This document shows, piece by piece, positions 8,761-16,441 of a DNA stretch of 29,281 bases. The first letter of the stretch is position 1, and every line of letters begins with the position of its first letter. The DNA is from a virus. Lineage: Duplodnaviria > Caudoviricetes. Where the stretch lies: IMG/VR virus record IMGVR_UViG_3300037784_000007, positions 1 through 29,281 of that record; one strand, 5' to 3'. The notes beneath the pieces are model-generated. The model did no database searches. It had not been told where the DNA came from and saw nothing but the letters and a program-made list of their open reading frames with translations. The translations under genes and the position numbers were made by a program.

Positions 8761-8779
8761 GCGAGTGTGCATTTTCTTG

Positions 8780-8808
8780 TTGACGTCCTGTCCGTTTGGA
8801 CTTATACA
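8780..8808 (+). promoter_or_regulatory. Sigma70-like promoter
   Basis: TTGACG, 17 nt, TATACA. Confidence 0.7.
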
Positions 8809-8849
8809 GGTTTCAGAGAGAGGGCACAGTGCCCAGAGACAGGAGAAAG

Positions 8850-9038
8850 ATGATGGAAAAGAAACTGAATGCCTACATTGTAAACGTTTTTTATGGACTT
8901 GATGAGTACCCAACAAAACAAAGGATCGTTTACGCTGAGAACGCTGATAAAGCTAAAGAGATTGATGCGTTCAATAATCCCGCCGAACATGAAACAGGCT
9001 CTACATATTCAGCGGTTGTCGCTGGGTATCTCGGCTAA
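8850..9038 (+). CDS. Hypothetical protein, 62 aa
   Basis: Start moved to ATG 8850 (AGGAGA SD; track start lies inside the promoter). Confidence 0.7.
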   Translation: MMEKKLNAYIVNVFYGLDEYPTKQRIVYAENADKAKEIDAFNNPAEHETGSTYSAVVAGYLG

Positions 9039-9066
9039 TAATAACCCCTCACTACACCCCACCCAC

Positions 9067-9095
9067 AAAAAAAACGGGGCCACACCGGCCCCGTC
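9067..9095 (-). terminator. Intrinsic terminator (probable ancestral capsid terminator)
   Basis: ACGGGGCC-GGTGT-GGCCCCGT then T run on the minus strand. Confidence 0.85.
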
Positions 9096-9108
9096 TAATT
9101 CTATTCAC

Positions 9109-9146
9109 CCACCCTTAGGTGCGGGTACCACGCAGCAAGGTGCCGG
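9109..9146 (-). repeat. Orphaned duplicate of the capsid gene 3' end (GTLLRGTRT*)
   Basis: 9109-9129 identical to 9940-9960 (21 nt); adjacent codons synonymous with the capsid end. Confidence 0.9.
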
Positions 9147-9809
9147 TCAGTTATCGTACCCAATTTCTTTATGCCAATCGTCAGGATGTTTTGCCCCTTT
9201 GCTCATATTGCAAGTGGGGCACAAGCACTGCAGATTGTCAGGCCAATTACTGCCACCCAATGCTAGTGGCATGATGTGGTCAACGTGGTAGCCTTCGGAT
9301 AAATCTACCTCGCAATAAACGCACAATCCACCTTGAGAATCATAGATAGCTCTAACATCTTCGGCTGTGTGCTTTCCCTCTGCGTTCTTTTTCGCAGCCT
9401 TTCTGGTGCGGTCTAAGGCGCGTTTCTTATCAGGGTGTCGTTCTACCCACTCACGCGTTCTTTTCTTGCTGTACTCTCTGTTCTTGCTATTGTAGTATTT
9501 CCAGTAGGCCGCCGTAGACCCGTAGCCTTTTTCTATGATTCCCCTTATGTATTGATAGTACTCTTTTCCACCCATGTCTTCACGCCATTCTTTAGAAGCA
9601 TTTCTGGCTCTCTCTGCATTCTTGGGGTCAGATCTGTACTTTGCATTTGCTATGCGGTTGCACTCAAGGCACTCGCACCTTTTTGTCACGCGCTGCTCAA
9701 CGTGACCGTGCTTGCAAGGCTTGCCCGTAAAGTACCTATCAAGGCCCAGTTTAATTGCGTCCGCGCGCTTGACAACAGGTCCGTCATACAATACTTGAAT
9801 ATCAGTCAT
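9147..9809 (-). CDS. Free-standing HNH homing endonuclease
   Basis: RYFTGKPCKHGH...CLEC N-terminus; CVYC...YHVDHIMPLALGGSNWPDNLQCLCPTCNMSK. Confidence 0.92.
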   Translation of the reverse strand: MTDIQVLYDGPVVKRADAIKLGLDRYFTGKPCKHGHVEQRVTKRCECLECNRIANAKYRSDPKNAERARNASKEWREDMGGKEYYQYIRGIIEKGYGSTAAYWKYYNSKNREYSKKRTREWVERHPDKKRALDRTRKAAKKNAEGKHTAEDVRAIYDSQGGLCVYCEVDLSEGYHVDHIMPLALGGSNWPDNLQCLCPTCNMSKGAKHPDDWHKEIGYDN

Positions 9810-9894
9810 AGCATGTTTCTCCAGTGCTGTGATAGGGCGGGATTGCAGGCGTTGCCGCGCCTCTCCCGTCTGCTTAATATAGTGCTGATCGTGA

Positions 9895-9922
9895 AAAAGT
9901 AAAGGGGCCGAAAGGCCCCCTT
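9895..9922 (-). terminator. Intrinsic terminator after the major capsid gene
   Basis: AAGGGGGCC-TTTC-GGCCCCTTT-ACTTTTT. Confidence 0.8.
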
Positions 9923-9945
9923 GGTTCTTTAGTAATGTTCCACCC

Positions 9946-10983
9946 TTAGGTGCGGGTACCCCGAAGGAGAGTTCCAGGTCTTTGGCAGTAGTACAAGGGA
10001 TAGCTATGCATGTGGTACTTCACGAAGCGCGGGGTATCGCGGAATGCGTTGTCCAGCTCCTGAATTGCATATGCCGACTGACCGGGGGTGTTGACAAACG
10101 GCATGTATTCGTCAGCCGGTGCCATTGCCTTGACAAAGATGTCACGACCGCCCACAACGAAGAACCGTGCATCGTTGGTCGGGATTGCCACCTCAGAGTT
10201 GTCATCCGAACCACGGTAGTTGTGGAACATGATGTCGCCAAACTGGAAGGTGCCAAACGCGCCGGAGTCCATACGCAGGTTAGCCGCTGCGTTGTAGTTC
10301 AGGTAGTAGTCACGGACACGCGGGTGAGTAACCAGAGCATCCCAGAACGCATCACCAACAAGCGCGTGCACCTGCGAGCGACCCGGAACCCAACCACCCT
10401 TAGCAGCACGCTGAATGGTACGGTTGACTTGGTTACAGATCGTAATAACGTCTGTGGTGTCAACGTCCAGCTCAAACGATACGTCTGCGTTGGGGGTGAT
10501 GTTGAACTCGGTAAAGTAGTTGTACAGAACCGAACCGTCGCCGGGGTTCATGGTCATACCTTGGATTGCGCCAAGACGCAGATATTCCTCGGTGTATTCC
10601 ATGTTCTGGCGCATTTCCATCAGACGGCGCGCGACTTCACGCTGCACGGTCATCAGTTCGTTTTCGGTGCCAGACTCACGCAGACCCGCAACCTCAGCGG
10701 CCCAAATGGTGTCCTGCTGGGCAAGACGCGGGATTTCGAAGTTGATGGCGTCACGGGTGTAACGCTCGTTCTGATCCGGGTTAGAGCCGCGCGCAGAGAA
10801 CGGGATAAGCTCCAGTTCGTAGGTGCTACGGTCAATGAAAATGTCTTTCTGCCGAACCGGGCGATCCTCAAAGAGGTTCATGCCACCCAGCATCTGAGGC
10901 AGGTAATCCATGCGTTCGACCATGCTCGAAAGCTCGGTCATGTTGAACGCGTCTGGATTGCGGAAGACGTCCATAGTTGCCAT
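9946..10983 (-). CDS. Major capsid protein (lambda gpE-like, HK97 fold)
   Basis: 345 aa; 'F..TELS..V....YLPQ.LG.MNLF', 'YTEEYLRLGAIQG', 'LYNYFTEF', 'SYPLYYCQRPGTL'; follows the decoration gene. Confidence 0.93.
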   Translation of the reverse strand: MATMDVFRNPDAFNMTELSSMVERMDYLPQMLGGMNLFEDRPVRQKDIFIDRSTYELELIPFSARGSNPDQNERYTRDAINFEIPRLAQQDTIWAAEVAGLRESGTENELMTVQREVARRLMEMRQNMEYTEEYLRLGAIQGMTMNPGDGSVLYNYFTEFNITPNADVSFELDVDTTDVITICNQVNRTIQRAAKGGWVPGRSQVHALVGDAFWDALVTHPRVRDYYLNYNAAANLRMDSGAFGTFQFGDIMFHNYRGSDDNSEVAIPTNDARFFVVGGRDIFVKAMAPADEYMPFVNTPGQSAYAIQELDNAFRDTPRFVKYHMHSYPLYYCQRPGTLLRGTRT

Positions 10984-10998
10984 TGTTAAATTCCTCTA

Positions 10999-11358
10999 TT
11001 AATCGCGGACAAGGATGCCAAGCGCAAGCAGAGCCGCGTCAAGTTCAGCATCAGTGCCGTCGTATGTCAGTTTGTACCGCTTGGCCTCTGCGTCACGGGT
11101 GATCACGGTGCGGGTTTGGGTCTGACCTGCATCAACGCCATAAGCCAGAATGCCAGCCGCAGTCTCAGAGCCGTCAGAAGCATCACCGTCCCACGGCACA
11201 GCGTCACCGCCCACGATTGCATAGACCTGACCCGGCAGGATGCGTGCACCAGCCCAGTCAGTGGTGGAATCGAACTCCTGAGTGTCGCGCGACCGATGGC
11301 CGTTTGCCTCGGACTGCAGGAACTCTAGCGTGCGGTCCTGTTCGGTAAGAATAACCAT
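10999..11358 (-). CDS. Head decoration protein (lambda gpD-like)
   Basis: EFLQSEANGHRSRD...DGSETAAGIL...RDAEA...L.ALGILVR. Confidence 0.88.
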   Translation of the reverse strand: MVILTEQDRTLEFLQSEANGHRSRDTQEFDSTTDWAGARILPGQVYAIVGGDAVPWDGDASDGSETAAGILAYGVDAGQTQTRTVITRDAEAKRYKLTYDGTDAELDAALLALGILVRD

Positions 11359-11360
11359 TC

Positions 11361-12482
11361 TTATTTATCCTTCTTCTCTTTAAACATGCCGTCCCATGCG
11401 CTGAACCGACCGTCTTTCTTCATTCGGTCGCGCTTCTTCATGCGGTCACGCTTTTTCATCATCATTTCGTCCTCGTCCTCGTCTTCTTCATAACGATCAC
11501 CGAGAACATTTCGGGCACTGTCATCAACCTTCATGACGCTGAAGATGCCCTTAATTTCTGCGTCGGATACGTGGGCCGCAGCAGCCTCGTCGCCATATAC
11601 AGCGCGCACAGTATCGCGGCGGATCTCGGAGACGGTCTTACCCTTGGTTTCCACGCCGTCAGCCATCTTGGCAGCTTTGCGCTCAACAGAGGAACGCTCC
11701 GCAACGAGGGCTTCAATCTCAGCATCGGACAGGATTTTCTTTGCAGTATCGGCGCACTCTGCTTTAAGCTCGCCAATGGTGGTATCTTTGTCGGCAAGCT
11801 TGGCTTCCAGCGCTTCAATAGCGGCTTTCTGATCCTTCATAGCTTGCTCGATCACTCGTGCGTCAGAGGCGGCAACCTGAACCGCTGCATCCCCGACGAC
11901 AATGGTCTTCACATCCATTTTGACCTCTTTGTCTTGGATTACGGGCGTTGCGCCCCAGTTATGCACACCATCACCGATGCGCGCTTCAGATCCGGCCCTT
12001 GCATCTGTCACTAGGGCCAGATGGTTAAACCGAATATCCTTCATCACCTTGTCATAAGGCGCGTCGTCAGGGGCATCGACCAGATTGGCCGTGTACCCCA
12101 TTGAAATCTCTCTATGCGTGGTCTGTGCCGCCTTAACCCCCTTGGAGTCCTTGACGATCAACGGCGCAACCAGCCATTCGCCCTCACGCAGCACTCCCTC
12201 ACCAGTCTCACCCACAGCCAGCGTTGACCAATTCTCAGCATCAACCGGCTGATCAGGATGGCCCACAGTGACAGGCGCATGTGTCAGGCTAGACATTGCG
12301 TCCGACGCGAAAACCTCTTCAGGCGGGCGATACACACCCACCATCCGATCACCCATCATGCCAAGCTCTGACGCGTGGTACATCTGCACACCCGTTCGCG
12401 CGATCCGGGACATAGCCACAAGATAGCCGTCCTCGGTATTGCGCACAGTGCCGACAGTGGCGTTGTCCTGAAACTTAATCAT
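11361..12482 (-). CDS. Head maturation protease/scaffold (DUF2213 family)
   Basis: TEDGYL...IARTGVQMY...VYRPPEEVF...PVTVGHP...EISMGY...NHLALV..ARAG; start revised to 12482 (alternative 12488). Confidence 0.88.
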   Translation of the reverse strand: MIKFQDNATVGTVRNTEDGYLVAMSRIARTGVQMYHASELGMMGDRMVGVYRPPEEVFASDAMSSLTHAPVTVGHPDQPVDAENWSTLAVGETGEGVLREGEWLVAPLIVKDSKGVKAAQTTHREISMGYTANLVDAPDDAPYDKVMKDIRFNHLALVTDARAGSEARIGDGVHNWGATPVIQDKEVKMDVKTIVVGDAAVQVAASDARVIEQAMKDQKAAIEALEAKLADKDTTIGELKAECADTAKKILSDAEIEALVAERSSVERKAAKMADGVETKGKTVSEIRRDTVRAVYGDEAAAAHVSDAEIKGIFSVMKVDDSARNVLGDRYEEDEDEDEMMMKKRDRMKKRDRMKKDGRFSAWDGMFKEKKDK

Positions 12483-12488
12483 GGTCAT

Positions 12489-12532
12489 ATGGTATGCGAG
12501 GGGTTGACTTTGCGCAAATGAGGGAGTAGGTA
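12489..12532. promoter_or_regulatory. Interlocked divergent promoter pair 3
   Basis: +: TTGACT 12504-12509, 17 nt, TAGGTA 12527-12532. -: TTGCGC 12517-12512, 17 nt, TACCAT 12494-12489, then 6 nt and ATG 12482 with no SD. Confidence 0.7.
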
Positions 12533-12559
12533 GGGGTGGATTTAGAGGAGAGATGTGAG

Positions 12560-12796
12560 ATGGATTATCCCAAAAAACGAACAGTAAGATGGATTGACGA
12601 CGACACTGGCGAAGAGGTTGGATCTTGCGAATACATCCGCGCCGAACTGTATAACGAACTGCTGCGGGCTGCGGATAAGTTGGCGGATCACGTAGAGGCT
12701 GTAGCGGAATGGATGCGGTCAAACGGTTATGATGATGACGCCGATATATCCGCCCTCACCGCATACAAAAAAGCAAAGGAAACCACCAATGACTGA
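12560..12796 (+). CDS. Hypothetical protein, 78 aa
   Basis: GAGGAGAG SD; 'EYIRAELY' motif; start revised. Confidence 0.7.
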   Translation: MDYPKKRTVRWIDDDTGEEVGSCEYIRAELYNELLRAADKLADHVEAVAEWMRSNGYDDDADISALTAYKKAKETTND

Positions 12797-13088
12797 TCCG
12801 AAATTCACACCGGGGCCTTGGGAGGTTAAGTACAAAAACGGGGAGACACAATTGCTAATGAGCGATGGTGATATTCATATGTGCAACATGCACTACTACC
12901 CGTGGGTTCCTGAAAACGATGCTGATTGGCACCTCATCGCAGCCGCACCGGATCTGTATGAGGCGTTGGAGGCCGTACTGTCGTCAATTCCAGATATGGG
13001 CAATTATTATGACGGGGCAGAAGATGCCTTCGAGCAAGCCCGCACCGCCCTCGCAAAAGCCCGTGGCGATCACTCTTCCTCGGACTGA
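12789..13088 (+). CDS. Hypothetical phage protein (TPGPW...LIAAAPDLYEAL family)
   Basis: AAGGA SD, start revised to 12789; overlaps the portal 3' end by 19 nt. Confidence 0.8.
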   Translation: MTDPKFTPGPWEVKYKNGETQLLMSDGDIHMCNMHYYPWVPENDADWHLIAAAPDLYEALEAVLSSIPDMGNYYDGAEDAFEQARTALAKARGDHSSSD

Positions 13089-14359
13089 TCCAGATCCAAA
13101 CCACCGGCGTATTCCTCGGCTGCATTCTCAAGTCCGGGGGATACACCTGCTTCTGTCAGCTCGTTGACGATCTGCTTGTACGCCAGCTCTTCAGGGAAGA
13201 TGCCCGCGCCCACTGCGTCAACGTATTTCTTGACAATCATGTTGCCGATCTCAGCCTTGGTTTTGTCGTCAATCTGATACAGCGACCGCCAGTTGTAATG
13301 GATCTCAGGCGGGATTGACCCCAAAGCCGTCTTGACTGTCATCGCATCCAACACGCGCATCTCTGGCTGCAGGTCGTTCTCCTGAATAGCCGAGATGATG
13401 TCGTAGTAGTTGCGGATCTCCATCTCACCAGTTGCGCCCAACCCACCAGCAGACGTGCCAAACAGCATGGCACGCGGCATACGTGCAGCACCAGACGCAG
13501 CGATCTGAAAGCGGTCAATGATGTCAGGGATGCCCGCGAAGGACATGGTTTTCTGCTCCCACTCCTCATCCTCCATATCAAGGATAAGAGCGCCATTGGT
13601 GGCCTTGGTACGCATAGCCAGCTCTAGCTTGCGCTGAATGGCCTCCAGCTCTGTGGGGTCGGTCACGCGCTGCATCAGGTTGTTGATCTTCATCACATCA
13701 ACCTTGGCTTCCATAATCATGTCAGCAATGTTCGCCATCGCCGCATCAAACCCACGCAGGTCGTCATACATGGACTGCAGCACCGACTCTCCGAACCGAT
13801 TGCGCACGTTACCATACTGACGACGCCGCTTGCCCACGAAATGGACAATACGGCTTGGGTGTACGTTCAGCAGCTCTTCCTGTGCGCCTAGTAGGTCGTA
13901 TTCACGCGGTCGGCCATAATACTCCGACATAGGGTCATACGTATATTCGCCCTCACTGATCTGCCATCGGTCCAGCTTACGGACATATCGCAAAGGCGGC
14001 GCACGCTCAGGCACAAGCGGCGTAGTGGGGTCTTCACCGTTATCCATGAAGATATACCCGTCACCAAACAGGCGGGCGTCAATAAACCCCTCTCGGATCG
14101 TGCGCTTAATGTCTAGGTCGATCTCTGTGGCCTCAATAGCGCTGATCTGGTCGTCTTCTGCCTGCCATTCGCGCCACTGTGCTGTGGCGTGTTGGGCTGG
14201 CATATCGATTACCCGCGCGATCAGGCTTGACCCCTCATACGCAGCAAGGAAGTCCCTATCTTGGAACTCCCGGCGTTGATACGTGGTGGACTTGAACTTA
14301 GACCGAGGTTCAGCCAGTCCAGCCACAGCAAGTGTGAGGGTGTCGTTAAATGTGGTCAT
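13070..14359 (-). CDS. Portal protein (DUF1073 family)
   Basis: Y..S.LIARVIDMPA..AT..WREW, ARLFG, VHPSRIVHF, FG.SVLQ, GAARMPRAMLFGTSAGGLGATGE.EIRNYYD; start revised to ATG 14359. Confidence 0.9.
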   Translation of the reverse strand: MTTFNDTLTLAVAGLAEPRSKFKSTTYQRREFQDRDFLAAYEGSSLIARVIDMPAQHATAQWREWQAEDDQISAIEATEIDLDIKRTIREGFIDARLFGDGYIFMDNGEDPTTPLVPERAPPLRYVRKLDRWQISEGEYTYDPMSEYYGRPREYDLLGAQEELLNVHPSRIVHFVGKRRRQYGNVRNRFGESVLQSMYDDLRGFDAAMANIADMIMEAKVDVMKINNLMQRVTDPTELEAIQRKLELAMRTKATNGALILDMEDEEWEQKTMSFAGIPDIIDRFQIAASGAARMPRAMLFGTSAGGLGATGEMEIRNYYDIISAIQENDLQPEMRVLDAMTVKTALGSIPPEIHYNWRSLYQIDDKTKAEIGNMIVKKYVDAVGAGIFPEELAYKQIVNELTEAGVSPGLENAAEEYAGGLDLDQSEEE

Positions 14360-14366
14360 GGGTGGT

Positions 14367-14410
14367 TGTGTAGTTGGGGTGTTGACACGTGGCAAATGGG
14401 CGGCTATGTA
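14367..14410. promoter_or_regulatory. Interlocked divergent promoter pair 4
   Basis: +: TTGACA 14382-14387, 17 nt, TATGTA 14405-14410. -: TTGCCA 14395-14390, 17 nt, TACACA 14372-14367, then 7 nt and ATG 14359 with no SD. Confidence 0.7.
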
Positions 14411-14436
14411 GGGGGTGTGTAAAAGGAGATAGAATT

Positions 14437-14616
14437 ATGAAAATTGAAGTCGGAAAAACATACATTTCAAACGATGGGTGTGAGTATACAATTACATCTG
14501 AGCGTGAACCCAATGTTTTCCACGATGGCATGGGGCATACATGGTCCGAGGATGGTAAGTTTTACTCGTGCTACGAAGATGGAAACCCGTCTTATGATTT
14601 AATTCAAGAAGCTTGA
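14437..14616 (+). CDS. Hypothetical protein, 59 aa (MKIEVGK family)
   Basis: AAGGAG SD; resembles the N-terminus of 18585..19109. Confidence 0.75.
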   Translation: MKIEVGKTYISNDGCEYTITSEREPNVFHDGMGHTWSEDGKFYSCYEDGNPSYDLIQEA

Positions 14617-14641
14617 CACACCCCGCCACCTAGGCTATGTG
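14613..14641 (+). promoter_or_regulatory. Sigma70-like promoter
   Basis: TTGACA (contains the upstream stop), 17 nt, (GC)TATGTG. Confidence 0.65.
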
Positions 14642-14666
14642 TGATGCAGGATAAAGGAGAGATGAG

Positions 14667-14825
14667 ATGTATGAGATTGCAACTGCGCTTGCTATGTGGT
14701 TTGTGTTTTCTATTTGGACAAGCGACGGGATGATGAACCTATCAGTCAAGTTTACGTTTTTATCACTAGCGATATGGGGAACAATTCGGGCCGCAGAATT
14801 ATTCGGTTACGTTATCACCACCTAA
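14667..14825 (+). CDS. Small membrane protein, 52 aa (MYEIATALAMWFVFSIW...GYVITT)
   Basis: AAGGAGAG SD; two hydrophobic segments. Confidence 0.65.
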   Translation: MYEIATALAMWFVFSIWTSDGMMNLSVKFTFLSLAIWGTIRAAELFGYVITT

Positions 14826-14866
14826 CCCCGCCCATCGCGGCATGTAATGAATGGAGGAATGAAAAG

Positions 14867-15040
14867 ATGATTGACACTGTAATCGTGGTGTGAGATAGAA
14901 ACGGATCGTACTTTCAAACATGGACATCAAATTATAATGGTGACGGAATTGCCCATGGAAGAATTATCGCTAGTAAAATAGGCGGAACATATAAGGTTGT
15001 TACCGCAAAAGAGGAGACCAAACAATTACCCTGTCATTAA
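14867..15040 (+). pseudogene. 57-codon gene with in-frame TGA at codon 9
   Basis: GGAGG SD; MIDTVIVV*DRNGSYFQTW...KQLPCH; frame stays open 48 codons past TGA 14891-14893. Confidence 0.5.
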
Positions 15041-15076
15041 ACGCTTCTACAAGGGTGACACAGTGGCCTTGGAGTT

Positions 15077-16441
15077 CTAAACAGCCGCAGCCCAGCTTCT
15101 AGTCTCTTTAACGGGACAGTAAGCCATAATAAAGGCGTCCGCGATATTCGGGGATGCCACATCACGTTTAGCAAGATCCTTCTTGCTCTCCACCTTACTC
15201 CGCCCTGATGGATCATAGTCCTTGTGAGGTGTACTGAGTTCGGTGATAAGCTTCTCCAGCTTGTCTACATTGGGGTCAATACTGATGATCTCGGCGGGGT
15301 CACATTCCACCCCCTGCGTTACCCACATGTGCGTCTTGCGCAACCTGTCAGCCACGTTCCACCATGATTGAGCCTTGAGGTTGGCAAACTGGTCCTTGTT
15401 CTTGATGCGTGTCCCGCGCAGGTATTCACGGTCGGGCCACAGAACCTTTCCACCAGCGTTAAACGAGCGGTAATAGATCTGTTCCTTGTGCTGCTGGTTT
15501 AGCTCCTTGAACTTGGCACCAGCCGATGCGCCAACCCCGATGCTGTCATAATCAATCGACGCCCCATCATCACGGGCGCGCGTCCATACACGTGTGGCAG
15601 ACTTAAGTAGCTCATCCTCTAGGCCCTTCCACTCCTCAACGTGCTTGAGCAGCTGACCATGTGTGACGCACATAGCGTTAAGGTCGCCACCATCGTCCGC
15701 AACGTCAAACCCGATGCGCCTAGAGCCTGCAATGTCAACGCCTAGCTTGATATGTGCATTGACCGCAGACTGTACCCACGTGCGCTTGATAATGGCTTGA
15801 TCGTCGTCGTTAAGGGGTTCGCCTAGGTAAACGTGATTGTAGTCGTCTGGCGAGGTGCGTTTTAGCTCCTCAATGTCCTCAATAAGCGTTTGAGACAGGA
15901 AAGGGTTGTCGGTGTAGTTGATCTTCTGGACAAGGGCGTTGTTCGGCGGGTCAGCAACAAACCGCTGGTACACGAAGTCAGTGACCAGACGGGGATTGAA
16001 GATGATGTAGATCTCCGACCCCTCTTTACGAATTGTCGGGCCTAGGATCTCCCACATGTCCTTGGTAAGTGAGTGCGCTTCCTCAATCCACAGGATGTCA
16101 ATGCCTTCAAGGGACTTGATTTCATCCGTGTTGCGCGCCAGACCGTAGAACAGGAACTCAGAGCCTGTCACCTTGTGGATGATCTTAGCCTTCTGAAACT
16201 CAAACTCATGCGCGACGCCGAACCGCTCAGCCTGCGACTTGATGAGGTTGTAGACCGATTCTTCTAGCTTGTTCTGGAACATCCGGGTGCAAAGGATGCG
16301 AACCTTGGTGAACCGAGCAATCCGCACGGTGTTAGCCGCAGCATCCCAAGACTTAGAGGATGCGCGACCACCGTACAGGATTTTGTAGCGTGATGGTGTT
16401 GCCCAGAATGAGCGCAACACCGGGTTCATGGATGCGGTCAT
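15077..16441 (-). CDS. terL: Terminase large subunit (PBSX-type)
   Basis: Walker A YGGRASSKS, Walker B ILWIEEA, PTIRKEGSEI, nuclease GFDVADDG and SPNIADA. Confidence 0.95.
   Translation of the reverse strand: MTASMNPVLRSFWATPSRYKILYGGRASSKSWDAAANTVRIARFTKVRILCTRMFQNKLEESVYNLIKSQAERFGVAHEFEFQKAKIIHKVTGSEFLFYGLARNTDEIKSLEGIDILWIEEAHSLTKDMWEILGPTIRKEGSEIYIIFNPRLVTDFVYQRFVADPPNNALVQKINYTDNPFLSQTLIEDIEELKRTSPDDYNHVYLGEPLNDDDQAIIKRTWVQSAVNAHIKLGVDIAGSRRIGFDVADDGGDLNAMCVTHGQLLKHVEEWKGLEDELLKSATRVWTRARDDGASIDYDSIGVGASAGAKFKELNQQHKEQIYYRSFNAGGKVLWPDREYLRGTRIKNKDQFANLKAQSWWNVADRLRKTHMWVTQGVECDPAEIISIDPNVDKLEKLITELSTPHKDYDPSGRSKVESKKDLAKRDVASPNIADAFIMAYCPVKETRSWAAAV

Noticed and set aside
9115-9960. 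Group I intron or intein in the capsid gene
   Set aside because: The capsid ORF is complete with stop and terminator before the HNH; no ribozyme core or splice motifs
9982-10989. 335-aa ORF antisense to the capsid
   Set aside because: In codon register with a strongly biased gene; no SD or recognisable domain
12489-12722. ~80-aa N-terminal extension of the protease ORF (likewise track starts at 14395, 23306, 8796)
   Set aside because: Runs through promoter elements or real opposite-strand genes; family-like sequence starts at the downstream ATG
13070-14359. Anti-CBASS Acb1 label sometimes attached to DUF1073 proteins
   Set aside because: Size, motifs and position after terL indicate the portal
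14891-14893. Genome-wide TGA recoding
   Set aside because: TGA is the normal stop of many coupled genes here (ATGA overlaps)
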